Notes under the pieces: model-generated
The model's database searches: none
Seen by the model: only the letters and a program-made list of their open reading frames with translations
Told to the model about the DNA's origin: nothing
Origin: an uncultured Chloroflexia bacterium
GTDB lineage: Bacteria > Chloroflexota > Limnocylindria > Limnocylindrales > CSP1-4
Assembly (NCBI GenBank): GCA_963820735.1
Contig: CAWGBA010000002.1
Coordinates: 283,646 to 347,645, forward strand
Direction of reading: 5' to 3'
DNA length: 64,000 nucleotides
In this document: piece by piece, positions 32,888-48,710 of the stretch
How positions within the stretch are numbered: the first letter of the stretch is position 1
How the letters are laid out: each line of letters starts with the position of its first letter
Made by a program: the position numbers and the translations under genes

Positions 32888-33907
32888 CTATGGATGCGCC
32901 AGCCGCCAGAGGAACTCCCGCGTCGTCAGGCCGCTGGCGTGGATCTGCGCCGCTTCGTCGCGGCCGACGTAGCGGTAGTGCCACGGCTCATAGGCGTAGC
33001 AGGTGACGTCCTGCTTGCCCTTGGGGTAGCTCAGCACGAAGCCGTACTTCCAGGCGTTGTCCATCATCCAGGCACCCGGCGGTGTGGTTGCCCAGTCGGG
33101 GTAATCCCAGGGCGCCTCGAGGCTGTCGGCACTGCGGAAGTCGATCGCGGTCCCGAGCTGATGCTCCGAGTGGCCCGGCCGGGCGCTCTTCTGCAGCGCC
33201 GCCTGCTTGCCCGATTGGCGTACCCAGTATCCGAACGCACCCTGCTGCTCGGCGTAGCTGCGGTAGGTCCAGCGGATGGCGATCTCCGCGTCGGCCTGGA
33301 CGGACGCGTCGTGCATTGCCCGCAGGTCGTCGATCACGGCGGGAATGACCTCGAAGCCGGTCTGCATCCCGGCCTTGCTGGTCGAGACGAGCTTCTTTGG
33401 CACAAAGTCCGCCGGTAGCCGGTAGATCGTGTCGAGCACCATGGTCGCCCAGTCCGTGTCGGGGTCGCCCGTTGCGGGCAGGTCCTTGTACGCACATTCG
33501 GGAAGCGGCACGCTCTCCTCGCCGATGGTCGCGCAGGGCGCACTCGGCACCGCGGACTCGCCAGGCTCGGCCGACGCGGCTGGCTCGGTTGACGCGCCTG
33601 GCTCCGATGAAGCCGTCGTCTCGGGTGATGGGCTCGTTTGGGGCCCTGCGCTCGATGACGCCGACGGGCTGGAGAGTGGCGACTCGGCCGCGCCGGGCCC
33701 CCCACTCGCCTGTGCCGAAGCCGCCGCTACGCTCGCCGGGGCGGAACCGAGCGGTCCCGACGCCGGCGCGGAATCGATCTCGTGGGAGGGCGGCGCCCCC
33801 AGGCCGGAACTCGGCGGGGCCGTGGGATCGAACGCCAGGCCGCCTGCCGTACAGGCAGCCACGAGAACGATCAGGCCCGCGAGGATGGCTCCCCGCGGAT
33901 CGCGCAA
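32888..33907 (-). CDS. M15-family D-alanyl-D-alanine carboxypeptidase (VanY-like) lipoprotein, paralog 1
   Basis: SxHxxGxAxD zinc-peptidase signature RPGHSEHQLGTAIDF and EPWHYRYVG. Lipobox LVAAC. Ser/Pro-rich linker. Confidence 0.8.
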   Translation of the reverse strand: MRDPRGAILAGLIVLVAACTAGGLAFDPTAPPSSGLGAPPSHEIDSAPASGPLGSAPASVAAASAQASGGPGAAESPLSSPSASSSAGPQTSPSPETTASSEPGASTEPAASAEPGESAVPSAPCATIGEESVPLPECAYKDLPATGDPDTDWATMVLDTIYRLPADFVPKKLVSTSKAGMQTGFEVIPAVIDDLRAMHDASVQADAEIAIRWTYRSYAEQQGAFGYWVRQSGKQAALQKSARPGHSEHQLGTAIDFRSADSLEAPWDYPDWATTPPGAWMMDNAWKYGFVLSYPKGKQDVTCYAYEPWHYRYVGRDEAAQIHASGLTTREFLWRLAHP

Positions 33908-33930
33908 TCCGTGGCCGGATCGCCGCGCGA

Positions 33931-34704
33931 CTACGGCCGGCTCTCGAAGTGCGTCCAGAGATACCCCCGCGGCACCTTGTTGCTGTCATGGATCCTGGCT
34001 GCCAATGCGACGCCGTAATAGCGGTAGTGCCACGGCTCGTAGGCATAGCAGCTGACGTCCGTCTTGCCCTTCGGGTAGCTCATCAGCCAGCCGTATTTCC
34101 AGGCGTTGGCGGCCATCCACGCGCCGGCCTTGGTCTGTGCCCAATCGGGGTAGTCCCACGGCGCTTTCGTGCTGTCGCCGCTGCGGAAGTCGATGGTCGT
34201 CCCGAGCTGGTGCTCGGAGTGGCCGGGCCGGGCGCTCGTTCGCAGCGCCTCCTTGTAGCCGACCAGGTCGACCCACATCTGGAACGTTGCCGCCTGCTGT
34301 TGGTAGCTGCGATACGCCGATCGGACGGCGATCGGCGCACCGGCTTCGCGGGCGGCTCGTGCCATCGCGCGCAGGTCGTCGATGACGAGGTTGCGCACGT
34401 CGCCGGATCCCTTGATGTGAGCATTCGCGACGGAAACAAGGTCCGGCGGCACGTACTCCCGGGAGACCCGTCGCTCGGTGTCGACCAGCGTGTGAGCCCA
34501 CTGCCCGGTCGACCGGAAGCGCGTGTTGACGTCCGCGTAGCGGCACGCCGGCAGCGGCGTCGACGAGGGAGCCGCTGCGCTGATCTCGCCGGCGCCTGCG
34601 CCGGTGAAGGACGTCGCGGCTCCGGCCGGCGCGGCAACACCGAGGACGCCGGCGACTGCGATCGCCGCGACACAGAGACGAGTGGCCAGGTTGCGAGTAC
34701 GCAT
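33931..34704 (-). CDS. M15-family D-alanyl-D-alanine carboxypeptidase (VanY-like), paralog 2
   Basis: Start at MRTRNLATRLCVAAIAVAG (ATG 34702-34704) inside the long ORF 33931..35613. RPGHSEHQLGTTIDF, EPWHYRYYG. Confidence 0.8.
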   Translation of the reverse strand: MRTRNLATRLCVAAIAVAGVLGVAAPAGAATSFTGAGAGEISAAAPSSTPLPACRYADVNTRFRSTGQWAHTLVDTERRVSREYVPPDLVSVANAHIKGSGDVRNLVIDDLRAMARAAREAGAPIAVRSAYRSYQQQAATFQMWVDLVGYKEALRTSARPGHSEHQLGTTIDFRSGDSTKAPWDYPDWAQTKAGAWMAANAWKYGWLMSYPKGKTDVSCYAYEPWHYRYYGVALAARIHDSNKVPRGYLWTHFESRP

Positions 34705-34792
34705 GCCCGATCCCCCTGCCGCGGATGTGGTTCGGTTCCGCGGCGCTTGGTCGAGTCTCATGGCTTCGAGGAAATGCGTCAAACGCCCGACC

Positions 34793-36808
34793 TCAAGCAG
34801 GTCCCGACTGCGTCGCCCACCACTCGCAGAGCGCCTTGAACGCAGCGGCGGGAGCGGTCGCCTGCCCGACCACCGAGAGCGTGCCGTCGTACCAGACCAG
34901 GTGGGCAAGCTTGTCCGTGCCGGTTCCGCTCGTGTAGCAGAGGACGCGCCCACGCGGGGACCCGTTGGTCTTGTAGGCGTTCTCACCGGCCGTGCCGTTG
35001 AAACAATTCCCTGAATCGGCGGGGACGCGCGCGTTGGTGCGGGCCGTCTCGACGACCTGTTGGGCCTGGTCCGGCGTGGGATACACGGCGTACGAGAGCG
35101 TCTCCACGTCCGTGCTCGGAGGCTGGCAGACGATCGAGGCCGTCGCGCCGGCCGGTTGGGACACCGACGGCGCCGCAACGCATGGACCGTCGCCGACGGT
35201 GCGGTGCTGGAGAAGCAGCTGGATGCCGGCCGCTGCGGCCCCGAGCGATGGCGACGGGCTCGGCTTGGCGCTCGGCGACGGCTCGGCACTCGGCGACGGC
35301 TCGGCACTCGGCGAGGGGTTGCTGCCCGGAGAGGGCCTGGTGCCCGGCGAGGCGGAAATCGATGGCGACGGGGAACCTCCCGACGGGAATGCGCCCGAGG
35401 GTTGCGCGCCGGACGGAGAGGCGCCTCCGGGCGGCCTGCTCGGTTGCACGCCTGAGCCCGACGGCGAAGCGGATGGTCGCGACGACCCGAGCACCACCGA
35501 GGACGCGGATGGCGACGCAGCGACGCCACTCCCGGTCGCCGACGACCTGGCGCTGGCAGAGGGAGATGCCACGGCAACCGCGGTTGGAAGGCTCGGAGCG
35601 GGAGTGCGCGCACCCGTGCCGAGGTCGTCGAGCGGGATCAGCGCGCCGGCAACGACCGCGACGCCCAGCGCGACGATGGCCGCGACCAGCATCCACGAAA
35701 CGCCACGACGAGCGCGGCGCGGCGCCGGAGCCGGCATCGGGCCGGCGGCCGGCGCAGGAAAGACAGGTGGTGGCGGAGGCGGGTAGGCGGTCTGCGTTCC
35801 ATCGGGCATGTAGTACGCGCCCGGGGGAGGCATCTGCGCGGGAGGCATCTGCGCGGGAGGCAGCTGCGGCGGCGCGTATCCGGCCGGGTAACCGGCTGGA
35901 TATCCGGGCGGCATGCCCGGCGCCACGCCGTCCGCATTCGGCCCGACCGGACCATAGGGACCTTGCGGGGCAGCGGAAGGACCCGGCGCGTAGAACGGTA
36001 CCGGCGGTACCGGCGGCACCGGCGGCAGGCCGGAAGGGCCGAGCCCGTATTGCGCTGACGCTGCGTCAGGCAGACCCGGTCCGTATGGCGCCGGAGGTGC
36101 ACTCCGCACGACCGATCCGTCCGGCATGACGTATGCCACAGCGGACGCCGTGTCGGGGAGTACCGCGTCTGCCAGGTGGTCCTCGTCGTTCTGGACTGCG
36201 CGAACGACGCGCATCGCGACGAGCGCCGCGATGCTGACGAGGAGGCTCCCCATCGCGATGACCACGAATTCGTCGGCGCGGACCTCGGAGGAGGAAGCGG
36301 GAAACGCCAGCAATGCGGACGTTGCGCTGACGCTGGCCGCGGCGATCAAGAACACCACCCACCACGCGGCGATCAGCAGATCGTTCGGGCGCTGGTCGCG
36401 AGTCAGCCGCCGGTCGATCGATGACACAACACCGAACGGCACGACCAGGTTGGCGATCGGCACCAACCACCAGAAGATGGCGCCGCGCGGCCCGATCGCG
36501 CCGGCACCCGCTCCCAGTGCTCGAACGTTCTCCTCCAACCGGCTGGTCCAGCCAACCCAGAGCAGCCAGGCGAGGAACGCCATCGGCACGAGCGCGAACG
36601 TCAGCACGTCGGTGGCCACGAGCACATCGCCGACATAGCGCGCCAACGGGACGTCGGGGCTGGCCGTCATCCACGAGGCAACGGCGAAGAGGATCCCGCG
36701 CGCAAGCGCGATGAGCAGCACGTACCCGAGCGCAGCGCGCGCGAAGCTTCCTCGGCGGTGTGCTGAGCGAAAAGGCGGCAGATCGCTGGTGGGCGTCGGC
36801 GAGATCAC
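34793..36808 (-). CDS. Large membrane protein: N-terminal DUF4328 4-TM domain, Pro-rich (PxY/PPAQMP) segment, 5th TM, Ser/Pro-rich linker and a C-terminal 4-Cys globular domain. Possibly two fused genes.
   Basis: The DUF4328 motif WWLVPIANLVVPF is present. A continuous 671-aa ORF. An internal MPDGSVVRSAPPAPYGPG looks like a separate N-terminus with no stop between the two parts. Confidence 0.55.
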   Translation of the reverse strand: MISPTPTSDLPPFRSAHRRGSFARAALGYVLLIALARGILFAVASWMTASPDVPLARYVGDVLVATDVLTFALVPMAFLAWLLWVGWTSRLEENVRALGAGAGAIGPRGAIFWWLVPIANLVVPFGVVSSIDRRLTRDQRPNDLLIAAWWVVFLIAAASVSATSALLAFPASSSEVRADEFVVIAMGSLLVSIAALVAMRVVRAVQNDEDHLADAVLPDTASAVAYVMPDGSVVRSAPPAPYGPGLPDAASAQYGLGPSGLPPVPPVPPVPFYAPGPSAAPQGPYGPVGPNADGVAPGMPPGYPAGYPAGYAPPQLPPAQMPPAQMPPPGAYYMPDGTQTAYPPPPPPVFPAPAAGPMPAPAPRRARRGVSWMLVAAIVALGVAVVAGALIPLDDLGTGARTPAPSLPTAVAVASPSASARSSATGSGVAASPSASSVVLGSSRPSASPSGSGVQPSRPPGGASPSGAQPSGAFPSGGSPSPSISASPGTRPSPGSNPSPSAEPSPSAEPSPSAKPSPSPSLGAAAAGIQLLLQHRTVGDGPCVAAPSVSQPAGATASIVCQPPSTDVETLSYAVYPTPDQAQQVVETARTNARVPADSGNCFNGTAGENAYKTNGSPRGRVLCYTSGTGTDKLAHLVWYDGTLSVVGQATAPAAAFKALCEWWATQSGPA

Positions 36809-36830
36809 GCGCGGCGGCCCCGGTTGCAGT

Positions 36831-38096
36831 TCAGGCGGCGACCTCGGCAGGTTCGGGAGCTTGCTGGGGAACGGGCTGGGACGGCAGGAGGCGCAGGAAC
36901 AGCTCGTTACTGATGAGCCGGCCGCGAGCCGTCAAGCGGACCCGCGGACCCACCCGTTCGAGCACCCCTTCCTCTACGCCCCATCGCAACGGCTCACGCA
37001 ATGACGATTCGGTGACGGCCGATGCGTCGATGCCCTCGCTGAGCCGAAGCGCCAGCATGAGCCGTTCCGCTTCGGCTGTCGCACGTGAGGCGGACTCGCT
37101 GCCACCTGGCGGCAGTGACGGACTGCCGCTGGGGGGCAACAGCGCCGTACGGTATCCCAAGAGCCCGGCATCGTTCCATCGGCGCGTTGCGAAACCGTCG
37201 TAGGCATGAGCTCCGGGCCCGAGCGCCTCCCACGGTTGCGAGCGCCAGTAGGCCAGGTTGTGCCGGCCCTCGTGCCCGCTTCGCGCGCGGTTGGCGATCT
37301 CGTACCGATGCCAGCCCAACGGCTCGAGCACGGCGTCCGCGAGCTCGTCCATCGCGGCGGCACGATCCTCGTCCTGCTGGGCGGCCGCGCGCCGCCGCCA
37401 GCGCAGCGCACCGGCCGTCGCCGGCACGTGGTCCGGTGTCGGCAGGCCGTCGAGCTCGAGCGCCAGGGCGTAGGTCGAGATGTGATCGGGCTCCAGCGCG
37501 CGAACCCGATCGAGCGTGCGGGCCCAGGTGCCCATCGTCTGGGTAGGCGTGTCGTAGAGCAGATCGATCGAGACGCTCGTGAATGCAGCCCCTCGCGCCA
37601 GGCGCATCGTCTCGTCGACGTCCTCGGGCTGATGCCGGCGACCCAGCGCGCGCAGCTCCGCCTCGACCAGGCTCTGCGCGCCAACGCTGAGACGTGTGAC
37701 CCCGGCAGCGCGAAAGCCTGCGAGATCGCCACGGTCACTCGGACCCGGGTTTGCCTCGAGCGTGATCTCTGCGCCGTCCTCGATCCCGAAGCGCCGCTCG
37801 ACATGGTCGAGCAGGCTCGCGACCTCGCGTGATGGGAGCAGGGACGGTGTCCCGCCGCCCAGGTAGACCGAGGTCAGCCCGGGCCGTCTCCCGCCACCGC
37901 CGTCTGCGCCCGCCACTGCCGCCTCGATGGCGTCAGCCCGCAGATCGAGCTCCACGTGCAGCGCATCGAGGAATCCACCGACCTCGGATCGCGGCCCGGA
38001 CGCGGCGCTTCCCGCGTAGACGGCGAAGTCGCAGTAGGGACAGATGCTGTGGCAGAACGGGACGTGGACGTACAGCGCGACCGGAGCCAGGGGCAT
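36831..38096 (-). CDS. hemW: Radical SAM heme chaperone HemW (HemN-like, oxygen-independent coproporphyrinogen-III oxidase family)
   Basis: LYVHVPFCHSICPYCDF is the radical-SAM CxxxCxxC motif. The HemN C-terminal domain is present. Start at MPLAPVAL (38094-38096). Confidence 0.85.
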   Translation of the reverse strand: MPLAPVALYVHVPFCHSICPYCDFAVYAGSAASGPRSEVGGFLDALHVELDLRADAIEAAVAGADGGGGRRPGLTSVYLGGGTPSLLPSREVASLLDHVERRFGIEDGAEITLEANPGPSDRGDLAGFRAAGVTRLSVGAQSLVEAELRALGRRHQPEDVDETMRLARGAAFTSVSIDLLYDTPTQTMGTWARTLDRVRALEPDHISTYALALELDGLPTPDHVPATAGALRWRRRAAAQQDEDRAAAMDELADAVLEPLGWHRYEIANRARSGHEGRHNLAYWRSQPWEALGPGAHAYDGFATRRWNDAGLLGYRTALLPPSGSPSLPPGGSESASRATAEAERLMLALRLSEGIDASAVTESSLREPLRWGVEEGVLERVGPRVRLTARGRLISNELFLRLLPSQPVPQQAPEPAEVAA

Positions 38097-38100
38097 CGCG

Positions 38101-38891
38101 TCAGCCCTCGTCCGCGGGCCAGTATCCCTGTCCCGGCTCATCGGGCGCGTAGCCGTCGCCGGCGTACTCCCAGCCGGACGGCGGCGGCGCGTATCGGCTG
38201 TGCACCGGCTTCCAGCCGGCGCGGCGTGCCTGCCCCGAGTGCCCGGTCGCGAGGAAGATCGCGAAGCGCGTGATCGAGTGGCCCAACACACTTGCGCCGA
38301 TGCCGCCGGTCGCCAGGACCAGCCAGCCGGTGACGAGGCCCATCCCGATCGAGAGCAACAACTGCAGCCCGTTGCGACCCGGACCGCCGAGGCGCGTGAC
38401 CAGCCCATAGACGATGGCCTGGAGTGCCACGGACAGGAACGGCGGCCAGCCGTAGGCAAGGAGCAGTCCCAGGATGATCCCGCGGAAGAGCACCTCGTCG
38501 ATGAACGCGGTGCAGACGGACGTGATGGCGACGCCCGGGTAGTAGCGTCCGGCGGGCAATTGCAGGTCGCCGTATCGCAGCAGGGCCACGAGGAATGCGA
38601 CGCTCGTGCCCAGCGCCCCGAGAGCCAACCCGAAGGTGACCGACTGGAACCGATCGTCGCCCATCTGGAGGTGCAGCTGCGAGACCGGCTGCGGGTAGAG
38701 CCGGTAGGCGATCAGGATCAGCCCGATCGCGAGTGCGTACCAGGTGATGCGGCGCATCCAGGCCTTGGGCGTGTTGCCGTCGGGCTCGGTCTGGTCGTCG
38801 AAGTCGGCCGCTCCGAACCGGCGCGCGTCGAAGCGCAGCATCAACAGCACCGTCGCGAAGCCGAGGAAGAGCAGGTACTCGAGGAGCTCCA

Positions 38892-38892
<1 letters not shown>
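38101..38892 (-). CDS. CPBP family intramembrane glutamic endopeptidase (CAAX protease / Abi)
   Basis: Polytopic. EVLFRG (EExxxR motif) and HSITRF (second His motif). 263 aa. Confidence 0.8.
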
Positions 38893-40757
<1,865 letters not shown>

Positions 40758-40836
40758 CTTCCGGCGACCCTCAGATCATCACCCTGAAACCGAACGAGCC
40801 GAGCGCCTTCAACAGGAACCAGATTCCGAACGAAAC

Positions 40837-41409
40837 GTGACGAGTTCGGTCCGGATGGCCGCCGATACTTGCGCCATGGCGCATCCGATGGCTTCCGTTT
40901 ACCCCGACTGGGAACAGTGCTCGGCGCGCTTTCGCGACGGCGTGCGGGGGCTGACCGTGGAACAACTGGCGATCTCCGCCGGTCCGGACCATGGCCAGAT
41001 CTGGCAGCTTGCCGCGCACACGGTCGGCACCCGCGTCTACTGGCTGTGCGGCGTGTTCGGCGAGCCCGGCGCCGAGACGACACCGTGGCACGACCCGCGC
41101 AACGGAATCGGATGGGAGGACGAGCCCGATCACCCACGATCAGGCGAAGAGCTCGCGTGGGCCTTCGACGTGACCTGGGAGATCGTCCGCGACACACTTG
41201 GGCGCTGGACGACGGACGACGCCGACCGGACGGTGACGCGTACACGAGACGATGGCCTGGTGCAGGTCCACACGCGCGCCTCTGTGCTGAACCGAATGTT
41301 CACGCACGAGGCGTATCACGCCGGAGAAGTGTCGCAGCTACTCGGTGTGCACGGCCTTCCCGCCATCGACATCTGGGCCAAGCCATGGGTTCCGGCCGCC
41401 GCGAGCTGA
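40837..41409 (+). CDS. DinB/YfiT-like (DinB_2, DUF664) metal-dependent protein
   Basis: Four-helix-bundle family motif HTVGTRVYWL ... HEAYHAGE (metal-binding His). About 185 aa. Confidence 0.65.
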   Translation: MTSSVRMAADTCAMAHPMASVYPDWEQCSARFRDGVRGLTVEQLAISAGPDHGQIWQLAAHTVGTRVYWLCGVFGEPGAETTPWHDPRNGIGWEDEPDHPRSGEELAWAFDVTWEIVRDTLGRWTTDDADRTVTRTRDDGLVQVHTRASVLNRMFTHEAYHAGEVSQLLGVHGLPAIDIWAKPWVPAAAS

Positions 41410-41421
41410 GCGGCCGACGCG

Positions 41422-41907
41422 TCAGCTCCGGAGCATATCGACCAGGCTCGCTCCCCATGCACGTGCTCGATCGAGCTCGCCGTCCAATAGCCGTTCGGTC
41501 GCAGGATCGGGTTTCCCGCCATCTTCCGGCTTGGGGCCCTGCTTCACGAAGAAGCTGGTCGGCTCAGTGACCATCTGGCAGCCGGAGCGGCGCAACTGGT
41601 GGGCGGCCGAATGCGCGGCCGAGCCGCTGATCAAGCGCGGGTAGTGAAATCGCGTGTCGAACGTGGCGGCCGCGAGGCCAGTCAGCCGGTTGCGCTGCAA
41701 GTGAGTCAGAAACGCTGACAGTGGCCTGCTCATACCGTGCGCGTGGGTTGGCCCGCCGATCACCCAGGCGTCCGTGTCGGTCATGGCTGGAACCTGATCG
41801 ACGCGGTACAACCGCACGTTGCCGAGCGGCGCCATCTGTTCGGCTATCACGGAGGCGACGCGCTGCGTGTTGCCGTGCAATGTGTCGTAGACGACGATCA
41901 CGTTCAT
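41422..41907 (-). CDS. Flavodoxin family protein
   Basis: MNVIVVYDTLHGNTQRVA is the flavodoxin FMN loop. ATG at 41905-41907 with RBS AAGGAGACC. Confidence 0.7.
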   Translation of the reverse strand: MNVIVVYDTLHGNTQRVASVIAEQMAPLGNVRLYRVDQVPAMTDTDAWVIGGPTHAHGMSRPLSAFLTHLQRNRLTGLAAATFDTRFHYPRLISGSAAHSAAHQLRRSGCQMVTEPTSFFVKQGPKPEDGGKPDPATERLLDGELDRARAWGASLVDMLRS

Positions 41908-42104
41908 TTTGGTCTCCTTGGTGTGGGACCGATCCTCGCCAGCCGTGCCACTCGCGTCGCGTGCCGAAAGGCCCTGACGGCGCGGTCGGCCCGTCATGAA
42001 GACCGACTCTGGTACCATCCAGCGTCGCGCCCTAGAGGTGACCGCACGTCCGGCCGTGCCGGCCCGTCACCCGCGCACCAACAGACACCCCGAGGAAGAT
42101 CGAC

Positions 42105-42848
42105 TTGGCCCACTCGTCCCGTGGCTGGACCGGAGCACGCACGCCCCAGGCGCTCAAGCGCGTCCGGCAGGCCGCCCGCCGTCATGCCGTCCTCCAGCCG
42201 CGCCGCTCCGCGGCCAAGACCTACGTCGCGAAGGCACTCGATACCGCCCAGCAGGGTGATGCCGACGCCACGCGCGAAGCCCTCCAGAACGCCCTGTCGG
42301 CGCTCGACCGCGCGGCCAAGGTCGGGGCGATCCATGCCAACGCAGCCGCTCGCCGCAAGAGCCGCCTGACCCTCAAGCTCAATGCCGTGCTCGGCGGCGA
42401 GTCCGTCGTCAGCTCGGCGGTGGCACGCCAGACCGGCAAGGCCGCCGCGGCAAAGGCCGCCAAGACGCGAATCGCGGCCGGCAAGGCCGCCAAGGCCAAG
42501 GGCGAGCAGACCGCCGCCGGCAAGGCTCGTGCCGCGCTCTCTCGCTCCACGCGCGAGACCCAGGCAGCCGGCTCAACCGCGACGACCAGCACGCCCCCCG
42601 CTCCCAAGACGGCGACGAAGGCCGCGCCGAAGACCACCGCCAAGGCGGCCCCGAAGACGTCGGCAAAGAGCACGACGGCGAAGAGCAGCACAGCGAAGTC
42701 CTCGACGGCCAAGACCACCGCGACCAAGTCCACCGCGACCAAGAGTGCGGCGGCCAAGACGACCACCAAGGCCAGCGCGTCAAAGAGCACGAGCGCCAAG
42801 AGCTCGACGAAGCCGGCCGCTTCAAAGGACAGCTCCAGCAAGAGCTGA
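42105..42848 (+). CDS. rpsT: 30S ribosomal protein S20 with a C-terminal tail of about 150 aa rich in Ala/Lys/Thr/Ser, histone-H1-like
   Basis: The first ~100 aa align to S20 (LKRVRQAARRHA..SALDRAAKVGAIHANAAARRKSRLTLKLN). TTG start with RBS GAGGAAG. The tail carries repeats TAKSSTAKSSTAKTTATKS. Confidence 0.75.
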   Translation: MAHSSRGWTGARTPQALKRVRQAARRHAVLQPRRSAAKTYVAKALDTAQQGDADATREALQNALSALDRAAKVGAIHANAAARRKSRLTLKLNAVLGGESVVSSAVARQTGKAAAAKAAKTRIAAGKAAKAKGEQTAAGKARAALSRSTRETQAAGSTATTSTPPAPKTATKAAPKTTAKAAPKTSAKSTTAKSSTAKSSTAKTTATKSTATKSAAAKTTTKASASKSTSAKSSTKPAASKDSSSKS

Positions 42849-42934
42849 CGCTCGGGCATTCCGACGCGTTCACCCGGGATTGTCCGTGGCGCACGGCGCC
42901 GTCGCGGGTCAGCGTGCTAACGCGCCCCGGCAGG

Positions 42935-43507
42935 CTATGAAACGGCGGCCGCCGAACCTCGAGCGGACACGGGTTGGTTCGTGATCGATCGCCAGGCGGC
43001 AGGGATCAGCGCACCGGTGGTGGTCAGGATGATCAGGATCAGCGCGCCCTGCGCCTGCTCGCGCAACACGAAGCTGCCGAACGATGCACCGTCGGTCACC
43101 GCTGCGGCGGCCAGCTCGTCGCCGCGTCCGGCAGCCAGGTAGCGCTGGTAGGTGCAGTCAGGGCCCGTTGAGCACTGGATGCCGATGGGTTGGGCGTTCT
43201 CATCGGTGCGGTTGAAGTCCGGATAGCCGGTGTCGGCGTAGATGAAGACGAGTCGCAGCAACGCGTACGTCAGCGCGAGCGCGACGCCGGTGACGATGCC
43301 CGCATAGATGCTGTTGGCGAATACCCTCCGGCGCGGCCGCCACCGCGATGAGCGCTGGTTGGCGTATCCGCCGATGAGGATGCCGGCGATCGGGGCGACG
43401 ATGAAGACGATCGATTGGACCGCCACGACCAACTCGAACGCGATCGCGATTACCAGCGCCATGCCGATGCCGACCCAGCCGGCAACGATGGCCCCCTTGT
43501 CGACCAC
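42935..43507 (-). CDS. Hypothetical integral membrane protein
   Basis: 4-5 predicted TM helices (ALVIAIAFELVVAVQSIVFIVAPIAGILIGG..). Start uncertain: GTG 43507 or ATG 43462. The ORF extends upstream over the enolase 3' end. Confidence 0.4.
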   Translation of the reverse strand: MVDKGAIVAGWVGIGMALVIAIAFELVVAVQSIVFIVAPIAGILIGGYANQRSSRWRPRRRVFANSIYAGIVTGVALALTYALLRLVFIYADTGYPDFNRTDENAQPIGIQCSTGPDCTYQRYLAAGRGDELAAAAVTDGASFGSFVLREQAQGALILIILTTTGALIPAAWRSITNQPVSARGSAAAVS

Positions 43508-43560
43508 GCGGCGGGTCGGCTGTTGGGCACCCTGGCTGGCCGAGGTGAGCGCAGCTGTCA

Positions 43561-46144
<2,584 letters not shown>

Positions 46145-46235
46145 GGTTCTGCCTCGGTGGTGGTGGCCGTTGCCTGCGGGGTCAGGCGCGTGCGCGGCTT
46201 CGGTCTGGTTGTGGTTCCTCGGACCTGGCTGCGGT

Positions 46236-47264
<1,029 letters not shown>

Positions 47265-47322
47265 GGTGGACTCTCCTTCTGCGGTTGATCTCTGCGGTGG
47301 TCGTGGCAACGCCGTCACGCCC

Positions 47323-48382
47323 TCACGCCGTGGCGGCGGGCATGAGCTCAGGGTGGCCATGGGTCGACTGGCCGGACAGGGCCGACCGGACCAGCGGTAG
47401 TGCGCCGATCAGCCCAACGTCGTCACCAAGTGACGCCGCCACGATGCTGACCCGCGCTCGTGCGACGCGGAACGCCGTCTTCGCAACGAGCTCGCGTGCA
47501 GGCCCAAGCAGCGCCTCCCCCCAGGCGATGGCGATGCCCCCGCCGACGATGATGCGTTCGGGATTGAAGATGTCGACGATGCTCACGACGGCCGCCGCGA
47601 ACGCGCGACGTGCCGTATCGATGATCTGGCGCGCCGTCGGATCGCCGGCGGCCGCGGCTTCCGAGACGTGGCGCGCTTCGAGCGGCGCAGGCGCGATGCG
47701 CACCGCGATGCGGGCCAGCTCCGGCGCGTCGAGCCCGGCCTGGAGCGCCTCGGCTGCCGAGCGAGCCATCCCCGACCCCGATGTCATGCGCTCGAGGTGT
47801 CCGCGACCGCCGCAACCGCACACGGGCCCGTCCATGTCAACGCAGATATGCCCCAGCTCACCGGCCACGCCATCCGGGCCGCGCATCAGGGTTCCGCCGC
47901 TGATCACCGCGCCACCAAATCCGGTCGAGACGGTCAGATAGACGAGGTCGTCCAGCCCGATCCCGGCGCCGAGGGCGCGCTCCCCGAGGATGGCCACGTG
48001 CGTGTCGCGCTCGAGCGCAGCCGGGACGCCCAGCGAGTTCGCCAGGCGATCGGCAATGGGCACGTTCCAGAACGACGGACCGAGGTTGGGCGGATCCCAG
48101 AACACACCGCGCAGTGGGTCGAGCGGCCCCGGGGCGGAGATGCCCAGTGCCACGGGCCGTTCGCCACCGGCCGCAAGGTGCCGTTCGGTGATCGCGCGGC
48201 AGCGAGTCCGTGCAATCCGCGATGACGGCGTCCGCGCCTCGATCGATCCGGGTCAGCCGGCGGTCGCGGGCGCCGAGGGTGCCGTCGGACGCGACCACGG
48301 CGGTGCGGAGGTGCGTTCCACCCAGATCAAGGGCAAGGACCGGGGAATCGGCAACGGGACTCGGGGTCACGGCGTGCGGCAT
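47323..48382 (-). pseudogene. ROK family glucokinase, frameshifted once
   Basis: N-terminus LALDLGGTHLRTAVV (47858..48691 frame). Body and zinc motif CVDMDGPVCGCGGRGHLE (47323..48153). Confidence 0.75.
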
Positions 48383-48710
48383 GCGTGGGCGTCCGTCAGG
48401 AGTTGTGTTCCTCGAAGTGAGGCGCCCGCGAGGGTCGATTTCGAGCGCGGCTTGAAGCACCCGAATCGTAGCACGGGCCCCCTGCTGGTCCGAGGTTACG
48501 TCTCGGTCGCGAGCGGGGTGCGTCGGGTAACCCCGGAGCCACCGGGCCGGCGCTGCAGATCGCCGATCGGGCGAGCGCGATCCAAGGAGGCCGGGAGCAC
48601 CGCAGCGAGCGCACCTGATTGGTGCGTGAGCGAGGAGCGCAGCGCCGACGCCGGAGCGTGCCGTCCGGGCGGATGAGGTGCAAGCTGGCATCGGTGGACC
48701 CGGGGTAACG

